DNA of 64,000 nucleotides from Mediterraneibacter gnavus (GTDB lineage: Bacteria > Pseudomonadota > Alphaproteobacteria > RF32 > CAG-239): NCBI GenBank assembly GCA_963617265.1, contig CAVEOB010000001.1, forward strand, positions 8,366 through 72,365, written 5' to 3'. The notes beneath the pieces were generated by a model. It saw nothing but the letters and a program-made list of their open reading frames with translations, did not search any database and was not told the origin of the DNA. Below, one piece after another: positions 9,146 to 19,300 of this stretch. Position numbers and translations under genes: made by a program. Position 1 is the stretch's first letter, and each line of letters opens with the position of its first letter.

Positions 9146-9658
9146 ATGAAAGCATTGTTGACAACATTTATGGCGCTTGTCCTTGTTTATGGGGTTATGA
9201 AACCGGCGCAGGCAGCGGAAGAAAATGAAAGCGAAAGCGGATTGGCTTTGCCTCGTATGGTTTCACTTCGCTCCAGCTTGATAAATGTGCGTTCAGGACC
9301 GGGGAGCAGATATCCTATTGTGTGGGTATATAAACAGAAAGGCGCGCCAGTGGAGATTATTGCTGAATTTGAAATATGGAGAAAAATTCGCGATTGGGAA
9401 GGCGCTGAAACGTGGGTGCACAAAGCAATGCTTTCGGGACGGCGCTTTGTTAAAGTTATAAACCCAGGGGAAAATAATATTTACGCCAAACCGGAACTTG
9501 ACTCCAAAGTTGTGGCAAAAGCTGAAGACGGAGTGGTTGGAGAAATAGAAAAATGTCCGACTCCAGATGGCATGTGTCTGATAAAATTTGATACCATTAA
9601 AGGCTGGATGCCGCGTGACGGGCTGTTTGGGCTATATAAAAACGAGGTTATAAAATAA
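9146..9658 (+). CDS. secreted SH3-like (SH3b/DUF1058) domain protein
   Basis: Signal peptide (AQA cleavage), then two SH3b-like beta segments (VNVRSGPGSRYPIVWVYKQKGAPVEII ... GWMPRDGLFG). Confidence 0.6.
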   Translation: MKALLTTFMALVLVYGVMKPAQAAEENESESGLALPRMVSLRSSLINVRSGPGSRYPIVWVYKQKGAPVEIIAEFEIWRKIRDWEGAETWVHKAMLSGRRFVKVINPGENNIYAKPELDSKVVAKAEDGVVGEIEKCPTPDGMCLIKFDTIKGWMPRDGLFGLYKNEVIK

Positions 9659-9661
9659 AAC

Positions 9662-10597
9662 GTGAGAGCTGAAATTCAATTTAATGCAGACGGCACATTG
9701 TTGCCGCTTATTGAAAAATGGCAGGATTGGCTTTTGAAAGAGCGGCTGTATTCTGAACATACGCTGGACGGCTATTCGCGTGATTTGTCTTTTTTTTTAG
9801 CCGAAGTTAAGAAAACGCCGTTAAGCCTGCAAGATCTGAAAGAGCTTGATGTGCATGATTTTAGAAAATTTTTGAGCAAACAGGCTGCCCGCAGTTTAAG
9901 CAAATCTTCTATGTGCCGCGAACTTTCGGCGGTTAAAAATTTTTTCAAATGGCTGGAACGTAAAAAGATTATAAAAAATCCGGCAATCAGCGTTATTTCA
10001 TCGCCTAAAAAATCTAAGGTTTTACCAAAAGCGCTTGATGTGACAGATTCTTTTAGTTTGCTGAGCGGTATTGAAGAACTAGAGACGGAAGCGTGGCAGG
10101 GGCTTCGAGATAAAGCAATTTTAACCTTGTTGTACGGTTGCGGCTTGCGTATATCTGAAGCCCTTTCTGTTAATGTTGGCGAGATAACTGCGAAAAGCGA
10201 GTTCCTTCGCGTTAAAGGTAAGGGGAATAAAGAACGTTTGGTGCCCCTTCTTCCAATTGTTTGGCAGCATATCGCCGCTTACCTTGCAGAATGCCCGTAT
10301 AAACTCAATGTAGGAGAACCATTGTTTTTGGGGGCACGAGGTGAGCGAATCAGCCCGCGTATAATTCAACGCCAATTACAGAAACTGCGTTCGGTTTTGG
10401 GTTTGCCTGATACGGTAACCCCGCATGCCCTGCGGCATTCGTTTGCAACGCAGCTGTTGGCGGAGGGAACGGATTTGCGCTCAATTCAAGAATTGTTAGG
10501 TCATGCGTCCCTAAGCACTACCCAGCGCTACACAGATGTTCAAACCGAGACTTTGCAAAGAGAATACCACAAAGCGCATCCGCTTGAAAAAGAGTAA
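9662..10597 (+). CDS. tyrosine recombinase, XerC/XerD family
   Basis: C-terminal catalytic motifs R...HALRHSFATQLL...GHASLSTTQRYTDV (R-H-R-Y tetrad). GTG start. Confidence 0.8.
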   Translation: MRAEIQFNADGTLLPLIEKWQDWLLKERLYSEHTLDGYSRDLSFFLAEVKKTPLSLQDLKELDVHDFRKFLSKQAARSLSKSSMCRELSAVKNFFKWLERKKIIKNPAISVISSPKKSKVLPKALDVTDSFSLLSGIEELETEAWQGLRDKAILTLLYGCGLRISEALSVNVGEITAKSEFLRVKGKGNKERLVPLLPIVWQHIAAYLAECPYKLNVGEPLFLGARGERISPRIIQRQLQKLRSVLGLPDTVTPHALRHSFATQLLAEGTDLRSIQELLGHASLSTTQRYTDVQTETLQREYHKAHPLEKE

Positions 10598-10654
10598 ATA
10601 AAAAAAGAGGTCTGAATTTACCAGCACCTCTTCTTTCAAATTCTTTTGCAGAAA

Positions 10655-10822
10655 TTACTTTAATTTCTTTTCTACGAACTCTTCATGTTTTTTAGATTTT
10701 TTATCAAATTTCTTCAAAACCAATTTTTCAGGATGAGTTCTTGGATTTTTTTCTGCCAAATAGAAAGAACCGGTACCGGCACTGCTTTCCAATTTAATTT
10801 TAATTTTTACTGCTTTAGCCAT
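10655..10822 (-). CDS. rpmG: 50S ribosomal protein L33
   Basis: Manual translation of the minus strand gives the 55 aa protein [55 protein letters not shown], a classic L33. It is absent from the ORF track only because it is under 60 aa. Confidence 0.85.
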   Translation of the reverse strand: MAKAVKIKIKLESSAGTGSFYLAEKNPRTHPEKLVLKKFDKKSKKHEEFVEKKLK

Positions 10823-10907
10823 TTTTCTTACTCTTTTACAAAGTTATCAATTAAAACATTTAGGCGAAGTATACATTTTTTAACGGGGTTGTCAACTGTT
10901 TTTTTGC

Positions 10908-11969
10908 TTACATTTCATTTTTCAGCAATTTAATTGCAGTTGAAATGTCGTTTTCTTCCCAAAGCCGACTTTCTTGCGGGCAAGAATTGTCTGCGACCGG
11001 AACAACACACAAATCCGGAGTTACACCGTTTTGATGAATTATTTTGCCAGACGGGGTGAAAAATTGCTCTGTCGTTAAAACAAGTTTTCCGCCGTTGCTC
11101 ATTTGTATGACATTTTGAATTGTCCCTTTGCCGAAAGTTTTGGTGCCTATGATTTTGGCGCGGGATTGATCTTGCAGACCTGCCGCCAAAACTTCTGCCG
11201 CCGAAGCGGTTTCGCCGTCAACCAATATTGCCAGCGGACCACTATATAAGCGTCCTTCTTTGGAAGTGTAGTAATGAATATTGGAATCGTCTCGACCGGA
11301 AGTGTAAGTTATAATTTCATTATCAGTAAAAAAGTCTGCAACTTTCAGCGCTTCGTTTAAAATTCCTCCGCTGTTGCCGCGTAAATCTAAAATTACAGCG
11401 CTGTATGGCTTGTTGCGTTCAAGCGAACCTTGCACGGCTTTAGCCGTCTGCTTGTTAAAAATTCGTATGCGCAAATATAAAACATCATCAATTTTGCGGT
11501 CGCTGTACAGGGTGTAAATAGAATTTTCTTTCGCGTCCTCGCTGTAATCGTATTCTGAATAGTAATGTGAAAATTTATCCAGCTTACCAGTGATTTTTTT
11601 CATCATTAAATCAGGTAATTCAAAATCTTTTAAGGCGACTTTTTCCGACCATTTCGAGGTTTCATCGGCAATTTGCGCCATGGTTTTGCTCCAAGCGGCA
11701 ATGTCGGCGGAATCTTTTGGCTGCGGAATAATTTTTTTGATTTGCTTTTTGTAATAAAGGTAAAATTTGTCGCTGCCTTTGGAAATGACTACATCAGAAT
11801 CTAAATCAGTAATTGCCTGTAAGCCGTCGGCGGCAAGTTTGGCGTTGCTGACGGGCTGCAAATAGTCTTGGTTAACCATAGTCAGCATTTCATTTAGCAA
11901 ATTTTCATCAACAGAGGCAAAGGCTGGAAATGTCATGAACAAAACGGCGGAAAATATAATTTTTTTCAT
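10908..11969 (-). CDS. S41 family carboxyl-terminal processing peptidase
   Basis: Signal peptide; S41 catalytic-region motifs ILDLRGNSGGILNEA and LVDGETASAAEVLA...KTFGKGT. Confidence 0.75.
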   Translation of the reverse strand: MKKIIFSAVLFMTFPAFASVDENLLNEMLTMVNQDYLQPVSNAKLAADGLQAITDLDSDVVISKGSDKFYLYYKKQIKKIIPQPKDSADIAAWSKTMAQIADETSKWSEKVALKDFELPDLMMKKITGKLDKFSHYYSEYDYSEDAKENSIYTLYSDRKIDDVLYLRIRIFNKQTAKAVQGSLERNKPYSAVILDLRGNSGGILNEALKVADFFTDNEIITYTSGRDDSNIHYYTSKEGRLYSGPLAILVDGETASAAEVLAAGLQDQSRAKIIGTKTFGKGTIQNVIQMSNGGKLVLTTEQFFTPSGKIIHQNGVTPDLCVVPVADNSCPQESRLWEENDISTAIKLLKNEM

Positions 11970-11972
11970 TTT

Positions 11973-12773
11973 CTATTCCTTAAATTCAGCCAGCAGAATT
12001 GTATGATCCGAGGCTTTGTCTAAAGCTCTGAAATCTTTATCTATGCGGCAAGCCTGCAAATTGTCGGCAAGCGCCGGAGAACAGAATATATAGTCAATGC
12101 GCATGCCTAAATCATTGGCAAACGAGGCGTTGGTATAATCCCAAAAAGTGTAGCCGGTTTGGGTTGGATATAATAAGCGGTAGGCATCGGAATAGCCGAT
12201 AAATTCCAGTTTGCGCAGACGCTGCCAAACTTCGGGGCGGTATAAGGCATTGCCGGTAAAAAGCTCGGGATTGAAAACATCATTCTTAGTCAATATTACA
12301 TTAAAATCTCCGGCTAAAATTACGTTTTTATGCTGCAGCAGCAGTTCTTCGGCATGGCTTAAAAAGGCGTCCATCCATTTAAGCTTATATTCAAAGCGGG
12401 AAGTGTCTTTTTCATTGTTATATGGTGGATTACCATTTGGTAGATACAGTGAAGCAATCACATAGTTCTGACTGTTTTTAGTGAGCTCAATTTCCAAATA
12501 GCGTGCGTTTTCATCAGGAAAATCAGGCAGATTTTCGGCGGTGACGGTCATTTTTTGTTTGCTTAAAACAGCAACGCCGTTATAGCTTTTCTGCCCTAAA
12601 ATTTTGGCGCCATAGTCTGAAATCTGCAAATCAAAAAACGGGAAATTGTTAAATTCTGTTTTTATTTCCTGCAGCAGTAAAACGTCGGGCTGATTTTGCT
12701 GCAGCCATTGTAGTAAAATCGGCAGTCTAGCGTTTATGGAATTGATGTTTAATGTGGCAATTTTCATTAGCAT
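11973..12773 (-). CDS. xth: exodeoxyribonuclease III
   Basis: 266 aa. Starts MKIATLNINSINAR and contains LLQEIK, with the ExoIII/AP-endonuclease motifs DHT/SDH near the C-terminus. Confidence 0.85.
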   Translation of the reverse strand: MLMKIATLNINSINARLPILLQWLQQNQPDVLLLQEIKTEFNNFPFFDLQISDYGAKILGQKSYNGVAVLSKQKMTVTAENLPDFPDENARYLEIELTKNSQNYVIASLYLPNGNPPYNNEKDTSRFEYKLKWMDAFLSHAEELLLQHKNVILAGDFNVILTKNDVFNPELFTGNALYRPEVWQRLRKLEFIGYSDAYRLLYPTQTGYTFWDYTNASFANDLGMRIDYIFCSPALADNLQACRIDKDFRALDKASDHTILLAEFKE

Positions 12774-12889
12774 ATCCTTTTTTCTGACTATAGTATCTTT
12801 TTTGGGAAATAAAAGAAAATTTTTGTTATGTTAAGTGATTTTAAAACATTAGCACGTAAAATAAAGAAAATTTTGAATGAGGTTTATCT

Positions 12890-13771
12890 ATGTATCCCGG
12901 TTTATTAAATAAAGATGACGATTATTTGAACGATTTTAAACAGAAAGTGGCTAATCAAAAAATTGCCACTTTAGAAGAGCGCCGTACTGAATTGGCGCGT
13001 TCCCGCAATAATTTTTTAGGAACGTTTGCCGGCGTGGCGTTGGCAGGGGTGGTCGGCTGGCTGGTTTTGGCTCCGCAATATGCTGAAACGGAAAAGGAAA
13101 TTCCGATTATCCGCCGTCCGCAGACCGCTGTTAAAATTAAACCGGAAAATCCGGGGGGAATGGATATTCCGAATCAGGATAAAACCGTTTACAATATTGT
13201 GGAAAAGAAAGAAGTTGATACTACGGTGGTGGAAAATTTGCTGCCAAAACCGGAAACTCCAAAATTGCCTGATATAGTGCCTGAAGTTGTTGATGTTGAC
13301 ACTAATGCCGCAAATTTGGATCAGATTGTTGATGAAGTAGCAACAGACAGCACTAAAGCAGCAAAGTCTGAAGCTATGGAAAGCGCCGGCGGCAATGTTC
13401 CGGCAAAGCCTGCTGATTTGTTAGCTGACAATGCAAAGACTGATACTGCCGAAAAAACTGAAACTCCGGCAAAAGCAGATACCAAACCGGCGGAAAAAGA
13501 TGCTCCGGCTGCAGCAGCCGCAGGCGGGTGGCAAATTCAGTTTATAGCGTCTAAAAATAAAGCCGCTGTTGAAAAATTATGGGCTGATTTGTCGGCTAAA
13601 TATGCAGATTTGAAAAAAATGCCGCATGAAATTCAAACATCTGATTTGGGCGCTCAAGGTATGTTTTATCGTTTGCGCGCTGGTTCGTTTGCCGATAAAG
13701 CGACGGCGTCGCAAGCTTGCGCCGAGTTAAAGTCCAAAGGTTTGCGCGACTGCATAGCTAAGGAAAAATAA
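12890..13771 (+). CDS. SPOR-domain protein (septal peptidoglycan binding) with TM anchor and Pro/Ala/Lys-rich linker
   Basis: C-terminal SPOR fold signature (GGWQIQFIASKNKAAVEKLW ... YRLRAGSFADKATASQAC) after a low-complexity linker. Confidence 0.65.
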   Translation: MYPGLLNKDDDYLNDFKQKVANQKIATLEERRTELARSRNNFLGTFAGVALAGVVGWLVLAPQYAETEKEIPIIRRPQTAVKIKPENPGGMDIPNQDKTVYNIVEKKEVDTTVVENLLPKPETPKLPDIVPEVVDVDTNAANLDQIVDEVATDSTKAAKSEAMESAGGNVPAKPADLLADNAKTDTAEKTETPAKADTKPAEKDAPAAAAAGGWQIQFIASKNKAAVEKLWADLSAKYADLKKMPHEIQTSDLGAQGMFYRLRAGSFADKATASQACAELKSKGLRDCIAKEK

Positions 13772-13777
13772 TAGACA

Positions 13778-14833
13778 ATGAGTAAAAATATACTTCCGGC
13801 ATTTTTATCTGTTCAAGGATTTTATTTAAGCGACGAGGAAAAACGTTTGTTTGAGCGCAGCAATCCGCTGGGAGTGTGTTTGTTTGCTAAAGGCTGCAAT
13901 AATGTTCAGAGCAAAAAACAGCTGCAAAGGCTTTGTAAAGAGATTAAAGAAACAATCGGGCGTGATGATGTTTTGATAGCTGTCGACCAAGAAGGCGGCA
14001 GGGTGCGGCGCTTGGTGGAACCGGAATTTACGCCAGTGAGCGAACAGAAACGTCTGACAACGGAAAAATTGGCTCAAGAACACGCCTTTTTAATTTCTCA
14101 CGATTTGAAAAACTGCGGAGTTAATGTTAATTTTGCGCCGGTTTTAGATGTTTATTATAATTTTACATCTGCTGTGCTGAAAGGTCGTTGTTTTGCTGGA
14201 GACGAAAAGCAAATAGCAAAATTGGGCAGGGCAATGGTTACAGAATTTACGGCAAACGGCGTTTGCCCGTGTGTTAAACATTTGCCGGGGCATGGAAGGG
14301 CGCAAAGCGATCCGCACTTGGAACTGCCAGTAATTGATGAAAATTTAGAAGCGTTGGAGCAAGATTTTTATCCGTTTAAGCAGCTGAATAAAGCGCCTAT
14401 GGGAATGGTTGCGCATATTTTACTGACCGCCGTAGATAAAGTTTATCCGGCAAGCGAATCGGCAAAAGTAATTAAAGATGTTATCCGCAACCATATCGGC
14501 TTTGATGGTTTTTTAGTTTCTGACGCCGTGGTGATGCAGGCGCTTAAAGGTTCTATAAGCGAACGCACGCAAAGAACTCTTGCTGCCGGCTGCGATGCCG
14601 TGTGTTTGGGTAATGCAGACTTTTCGGCTAATGCCGAATTGGCGGCAAGTGGGGCGGTTTTGAGTGATGAAGCGGCTGAACGGCTGGCGGTAATTCAGCA
14701 AATTATTGCCCGACCGCTTAAAAGACAAAGCTATGTACAGTCTAAAAATAAATATTGTGCAGCGCTGAAAAATATTATATCGTACAACTCAGATTATGAT
14801 GCGACAGAAGTTTTAAGCCGCATTCGCAAATAA
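13778..14833 (+). CDS. nagZ: beta-N-acetylhexosaminidase NagZ (GH3)
   Basis: GH3 N-terminal domain motifs IAVDQEGGRVRR and KHLPGHG, plus the catalytic Asp region. Confidence 0.75.
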   Translation: MSKNILPAFLSVQGFYLSDEEKRLFERSNPLGVCLFAKGCNNVQSKKQLQRLCKEIKETIGRDDVLIAVDQEGGRVRRLVEPEFTPVSEQKRLTTEKLAQEHAFLISHDLKNCGVNVNFAPVLDVYYNFTSAVLKGRCFAGDEKQIAKLGRAMVTEFTANGVCPCVKHLPGHGRAQSDPHLELPVIDENLEALEQDFYPFKQLNKAPMGMVAHILLTAVDKVYPASESAKVIKDVIRNHIGFDGFLVSDAVVMQALKGSISERTQRTLAAGCDAVCLGNADFSANAELAASGAVLSDEAAERLAVIQQIIARPLKRQSYVQSKNKYCAALKNIISYNSDYDATEVLSRIRK

Positions 14834-14849
14834 ATTAAGGAGAAAAATT

Positions 14850-15260
14850 ATGGATGGTTTCTTTGGTTGGTTTTTAATAATTGTCGGTGTTTTGGCTATT
14901 TTTAATGCTGAAAAACTGCCGGCTTTGCGTCAAATGCTGGAAGAAAAGTTTAAAGACAGCGTAGATGCGGCAAAAGCTGGTTCAAAAACAATGAAAGATA
15001 AAATTGAAAAAGTTAAGACGGATATAGATAATCGCAAAAACGCTCCGCAAGCTGAAAAAGAATCAGAAGAAAATACACCGGAAGAAACAGAAGAGGCTTT
15101 GCAGTTTATGAGCAGCTATATCAATAAGGAAGAAGATAAAGAATCTGCTGCAGAAGAAAATACTCAAGCTGCTGATGAGTTGCCTGTGCAAGAAACAGCT
15201 GATGAGGAAAAAGTTGAGGAAACTGAGGAAAAACCGATAGACTTGAATCATTTTGATTAG
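14850..15260 (+). CDS. tatA: twin-arginine translocase TatA/E-family protein with extended acidic C-terminal tail
   Basis: N-terminus MDGFFGWFLIIVGVLAIFNAEKLPALRQMLEEKFK is the TatA TM helix plus amphipathic helix. The remaining roughly 90 aa are E/K/T-rich. Confidence 0.65.
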   Translation: MDGFFGWFLIIVGVLAIFNAEKLPALRQMLEEKFKDSVDAAKAGSKTMKDKIEKVKTDIDNRKNAPQAEKESEENTPEETEEALQFMSSYINKEEDKESAAEENTQAADELPVQETADEEKVEETEEKPIDLNHFD

Positions 15261-15276
15261 ATTTTTTTATAAATTA

Positions 15277-15315
15277 GAAAAATCCGCAGTTTATTTTGAA
15301 GCCGCGGATTTTTTT
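15277..15315. terminator. rho-independent terminator after tatA (stem AAAAATCCGC / GCGGATTTTT followed by T7)
   Basis: Inverted repeat followed by TTTTTTT. Confidence 0.55.
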
Positions 15316-15326
15316 GAGGCAAAATA

Positions 15327-15350
15327 AAAGCTCTCTGACGAGAGCTTTTT
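15327..15350. terminator. palindromic hairpin AAAAGCTCTC-TGAC-GAGAGCTTTT, probable terminator for psd (-)
   Basis: Perfect 10-bp stem flanked by A/T runs, directly downstream of the psd stop on the minus strand. Confidence 0.55.
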
Positions 15351-15367
15351 CAGGTTGAAAATATGGC

Positions 15368-16216
15368 TTATTTTATCTTTGCCATTGGCAAACCCATGCG
15401 GGTTGGCTGACCGTCCTGCATATCTTCGGAAAAGCTGATTTTGTTTTTTTCAAATAAGCAGATGACAGTGCTTCCCATAAAGAATTTGCCGATTTCAGTA
15501 CCTTTAGGAAAAGTCAATTCACGGTCGCCGTATTCATAGGTTGTAACTTCTTTGCTTTTGTTTGGAGCTACGGTTCCAGCCCAAGCAGTGGAAATGCTGC
15601 GGACAATGGTGGCGCCGACAAACACAACAGCCATACGCCCGATAGAAGTGTTGAAATAGCAGACAACACGTTCATTGCGGGCAAAGAGTTCTGGAATATG
15701 CTCGGCATTGAATTTGTTAACCGAAAATAAATCTCCGGGAACGTGAATCATTTTTGTTAAGGTGCCGTCAAAAGGAATATGCACGCGGTGATAGTCTTTT
15801 GGGGAAAGGTAAGTTGTGATAAATTCGCCGTTGTGAAAGAGCTTTGCTTCCGGACTGTTAGCCAGCAAGGCGTCTACAGTGTAGTAGTGGTTTTTGGCCT
15901 GCAGCATAAATTTATCTTCAATAGTGCCGAATTGGCTGATTTTTCCGTCTGCCGGAAAGACCAAAATATTGTCTGCCATATTTATGGGGCGTGCGTTCGG
16001 TTGGATTTGGCGGGCAAAAAAATCGTTAAAAGTCTTGTATTCTTCTGGTTTGCCGATAATTTCCCTAGTGTTTATTTTGTAGTGTTTGATAAAGCTTTTA
16101 ATCATAGCCGTGGTTAAGCCGCCCATTCTGGCGCCGGCAAAAAAACCGACTAAACGTGTCAGAAGATATTTGGGAATAATATATTGGCTGTCTGCTTTTA
16201 ACTTTGTGCGATTCAT
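15368..16216 (-). CDS. psd: phosphatidylserine decarboxylase proenzyme
   Basis: 282 aa with the conserved FxxGSTV self-cleavage site (FFMGSTVI) near the C-terminus and Psd family motifs throughout. Confidence 0.85.
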   Translation of the reverse strand: MNRTKLKADSQYIIPKYLLTRLVGFFAGARMGGLTTAMIKSFIKHYKINTREIIGKPEEYKTFNDFFARQIQPNARPINMADNILVFPADGKISQFGTIEDKFMLQAKNHYYTVDALLANSPEAKLFHNGEFITTYLSPKDYHRVHIPFDGTLTKMIHVPGDLFSVNKFNAEHIPELFARNERVVCYFNTSIGRMAVVFVGATIVRSISTAWAGTVAPNKSKEVTTYEYGDRELTFPKGTEIGKFFMGSTVICLFEKNKISFSEDMQDGQPTRMGLPMAKIK

Positions 16217-16364
16217 TTTTTTTGCTCCTTGTTAATTACAGCTTAAGGCTATCTTTTCGAATAATAAAAGTCAATTGTTATCTTTTGCCGAAATAACAGA
16301 TTTTTTAATCTTTTTTTTAAATCTTAGGTATATACTCATCAAAAGTATAAACAAGGATCTAATC

Positions 16365-19300
16365 ATGAATACACTCAAGTATTTTACTATTTTGGCGCTT
16401 ACGGGCGTTTTCTGTGCGCCTCAGGCTAAAGCGGCAACTGTGATACCGCCGCGTTTTAACAGTTCTATTCAAGATGCTTTTTATCGGGCGGCGATAGAAA
16501 ATAAACCGCAAAAAATCCAGCAGCTTCTGAATTTGGGATATTCTATTGATATTACAGATGAGCGAGGCCTTTCTGCTTTGTGCCGCGCTAAAAGCAAAGG
16601 TGAAGACGATGCCTATAATCTGTTATATAAATATGGGGCTGATGATAAAGCTGCATGTATGGAAACAGCTGAGTCAATATATAGAGCGGATATGTGGAAT
16701 AAAGCGTTCAAATACAGCGGAACCGCAGCGCTGGGAATTGGCGTGGTCGGCTTGTTTGCTTTTGCGGACGGAGGCAGCGGGGGCAGCAGTGCTAGCAGCA
16801 GCGGCAATGATAGTTCTGATGTAAACTATACTCCTGGGGATAATGGGACGACCGATACTTCACGCGATTGGTCGACTAAACTAGAGCCGGTTACAGGAAC
16901 TTATGAAAATATCGCCAATAATTTAGATGATGCGTATTTTGAAAACAACAAGGAGTATTCCGACAGCAATTATAAGCTGATGCAAGGAACTTCTGTTAAC
17001 TATCTGGGAGCAATTAACGCTGCCGAAGCTTATAAGCATTTTTACGGCACCGACAGCAAGGGCAATTTTGCTTCCAAGCTTGCAAATGTGAATGCCGGAG
17101 TAATCGATTCCGGCGTGTGGGGAAAACATTCGGAATTTGCCGTGGGCGAGGGGACGAAAGTAACCGGATATAATTTTGATTATGGTCCGTGTTTGTCCGG
17201 CGATACTAAAAATTGCTGGACTTATGATATTTCTGAAGGAGTGCAGTGCCAAGATGATTCCTGCACCATAAAGATGCTGCTTTCTGATGAAAACGGAAAA
17301 AATAAAACAACTAAATATATGGGCTGTCAAAAGGGAGATTCGGCTGAAGTTTGCTATAACCGCTGGGCGGCTAATTATGCTCAGAACTATGATTGGGATA
17401 AATTGCAGTATTACTATTATCCAAATTGGGCTAATGATAAATTGGACAATATGGATAGTGTTTTGCATGGTTCTAATGTTGCCGGAATTATCGGCGCTAA
17501 TATTGATGGTAAAGGCAATATGGGCGTCGCTGGCGCCAATGCGACGATTACGGCAGTGCGCTGGGATTTGATGTCAAGTTTGGCAGATCCTCTGAATAAA
17601 CTGTTGGCAGATGGTGTTTCTGTGGTTAATATGAGCTTTGGTCTTGATTCCAGTGATGACTTAAACGCTTCAAAAATCAATGAGTATGTTGATTTGATTG
17701 ATGATGATGAATTGAAAGCTTATGATAACATAATCGACAGTTATAAAGATGTTACAAACAGTGTGACCGGTAAAACCAGCAAAGACGGCATGGTGTTAAT
17801 AAAAGCCGCCGGCAATGAAGGAAAATCTCAGCCGAATTTGCGTTCAGGCTTGAAATTGCTGGAATCCCGCTATTCCGATTTGCAGATGTTGGTTGTTGTG
17901 TCTGCCGATGTGACAATGAACGGAAATAAACTGCAGTCATATAAATTATCCGAGTTTTCAAATCAATGTGGCGCGGCTTCGGCTTATTGTATTACGGCTC
18001 CGGGCGGAGATGGAAACAGTGAAACTGTAAAATCGACAATTGTCAGCGCGGGGCAGCCAGGCAGCAGTGATTACAACTATATTGCCTTGGCGGGAACTTC
18101 TCAAGCCGCTCCGGTGGTTACCGGAAGTTTTGCGTTTTTGAAAGGCGCGTATCCGTATATGTCTTCACAAGAAATAATTTCCTTGATGTTGGAAACGGCT
18201 AACACAAAAGACGCGTCCGACAGCTATTCCGCGGCTAAATACGGAGCCGGTTTATTGGATTTGGGAGCGGCTGTAAATTCTTACATTTCTGAAAACGGCG
18301 TGACAACAGCGGCGGGAAATAGTTTAAGCGACGGACAGTTAAATCTTAGCCAAGCTCGTTTGAATGTTCCTTCAACATTTAAAAATGCCGTGCAGAAAGC
18401 CCTGCCGAAAACTGTGACGGCATTTGATAAATATGCCCGTCCGTTTGCTGTGTCTACGGCTAATTATGTCGGAACGACGCATGGCGGATATAAAAATTTG
18501 AAAAATGATGTTTATCAAATAGCAAAAGCGGCGAAAACAACTAAAGTTCAGCAAGGCGGCTTGAGTTTTGCTTTCAGCGGCAGTGCCGGAAACAGCAAAG
18601 GCAGCGGTTTGGGCTTTATGCAGGCTGATTATCAAAACGGAAATACTAAATCCGGTTTTTATTTTAGTGAAAACACAAAGTATGAAAACGGCGGTTCTTT
18701 TGCTGCCGCGACAACGAATCCGTTTATGTCCTTTCAAAATGCCTATGGTGTTTATAACACTTTTGCTTTTAATAAAAACGCCGGCTTTAAGCTTGAAGCC
18801 GTTACCGGACGCAATGGACTGTATGACGGCGACAGCAGTTATCAAGACAGTTCGTTTAAAAAACAGGCGTATGCTCTTAATTCGGAGTTACAGCTGCACA
18901 AAGACGAAAATTGGGGCTTTAGCTTAATGAATGGTTTGTTATATGAGGAAGCGGCCGCATTGGGATTAAACGGAAACGGCGCTTTTAAAACTCAAAACAG
19001 CAGCACTTATAATGCCGGTGTCAAAGCTTCTTGGTTTGTAACTCCTCGCTTGACTTTGAGCGGAAGCTATTATCGCGGATACACTCAAGGTCAGTCGTTT
19101 GCTTCTAAGCTGCTGGAAACGTCTGCTTTAACCAGCGAAAGTTTTGCTTTTGACGCTAACTATAAAGTCAGCAAGCAAACAGAAGTTGGATTGGGCTTGT
19201 CTTCTCCGCTGCGTGTGGTTGACGGTACTTTGTCGGTAAACTTTCCGAATGGACGCGATAATTACTCCGATGAAGTGTACTTCAATCGTTATAAAGCAGC

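Noticed and set aside
16275-16364. N-terminal 30-codon extension of the autotransporter ORF in the track
   Set aside because: An internal ATG at 16365 has an AAGGA RBS and starts a canonical signal peptide. The extension is hydrophobic junk with no RBS.
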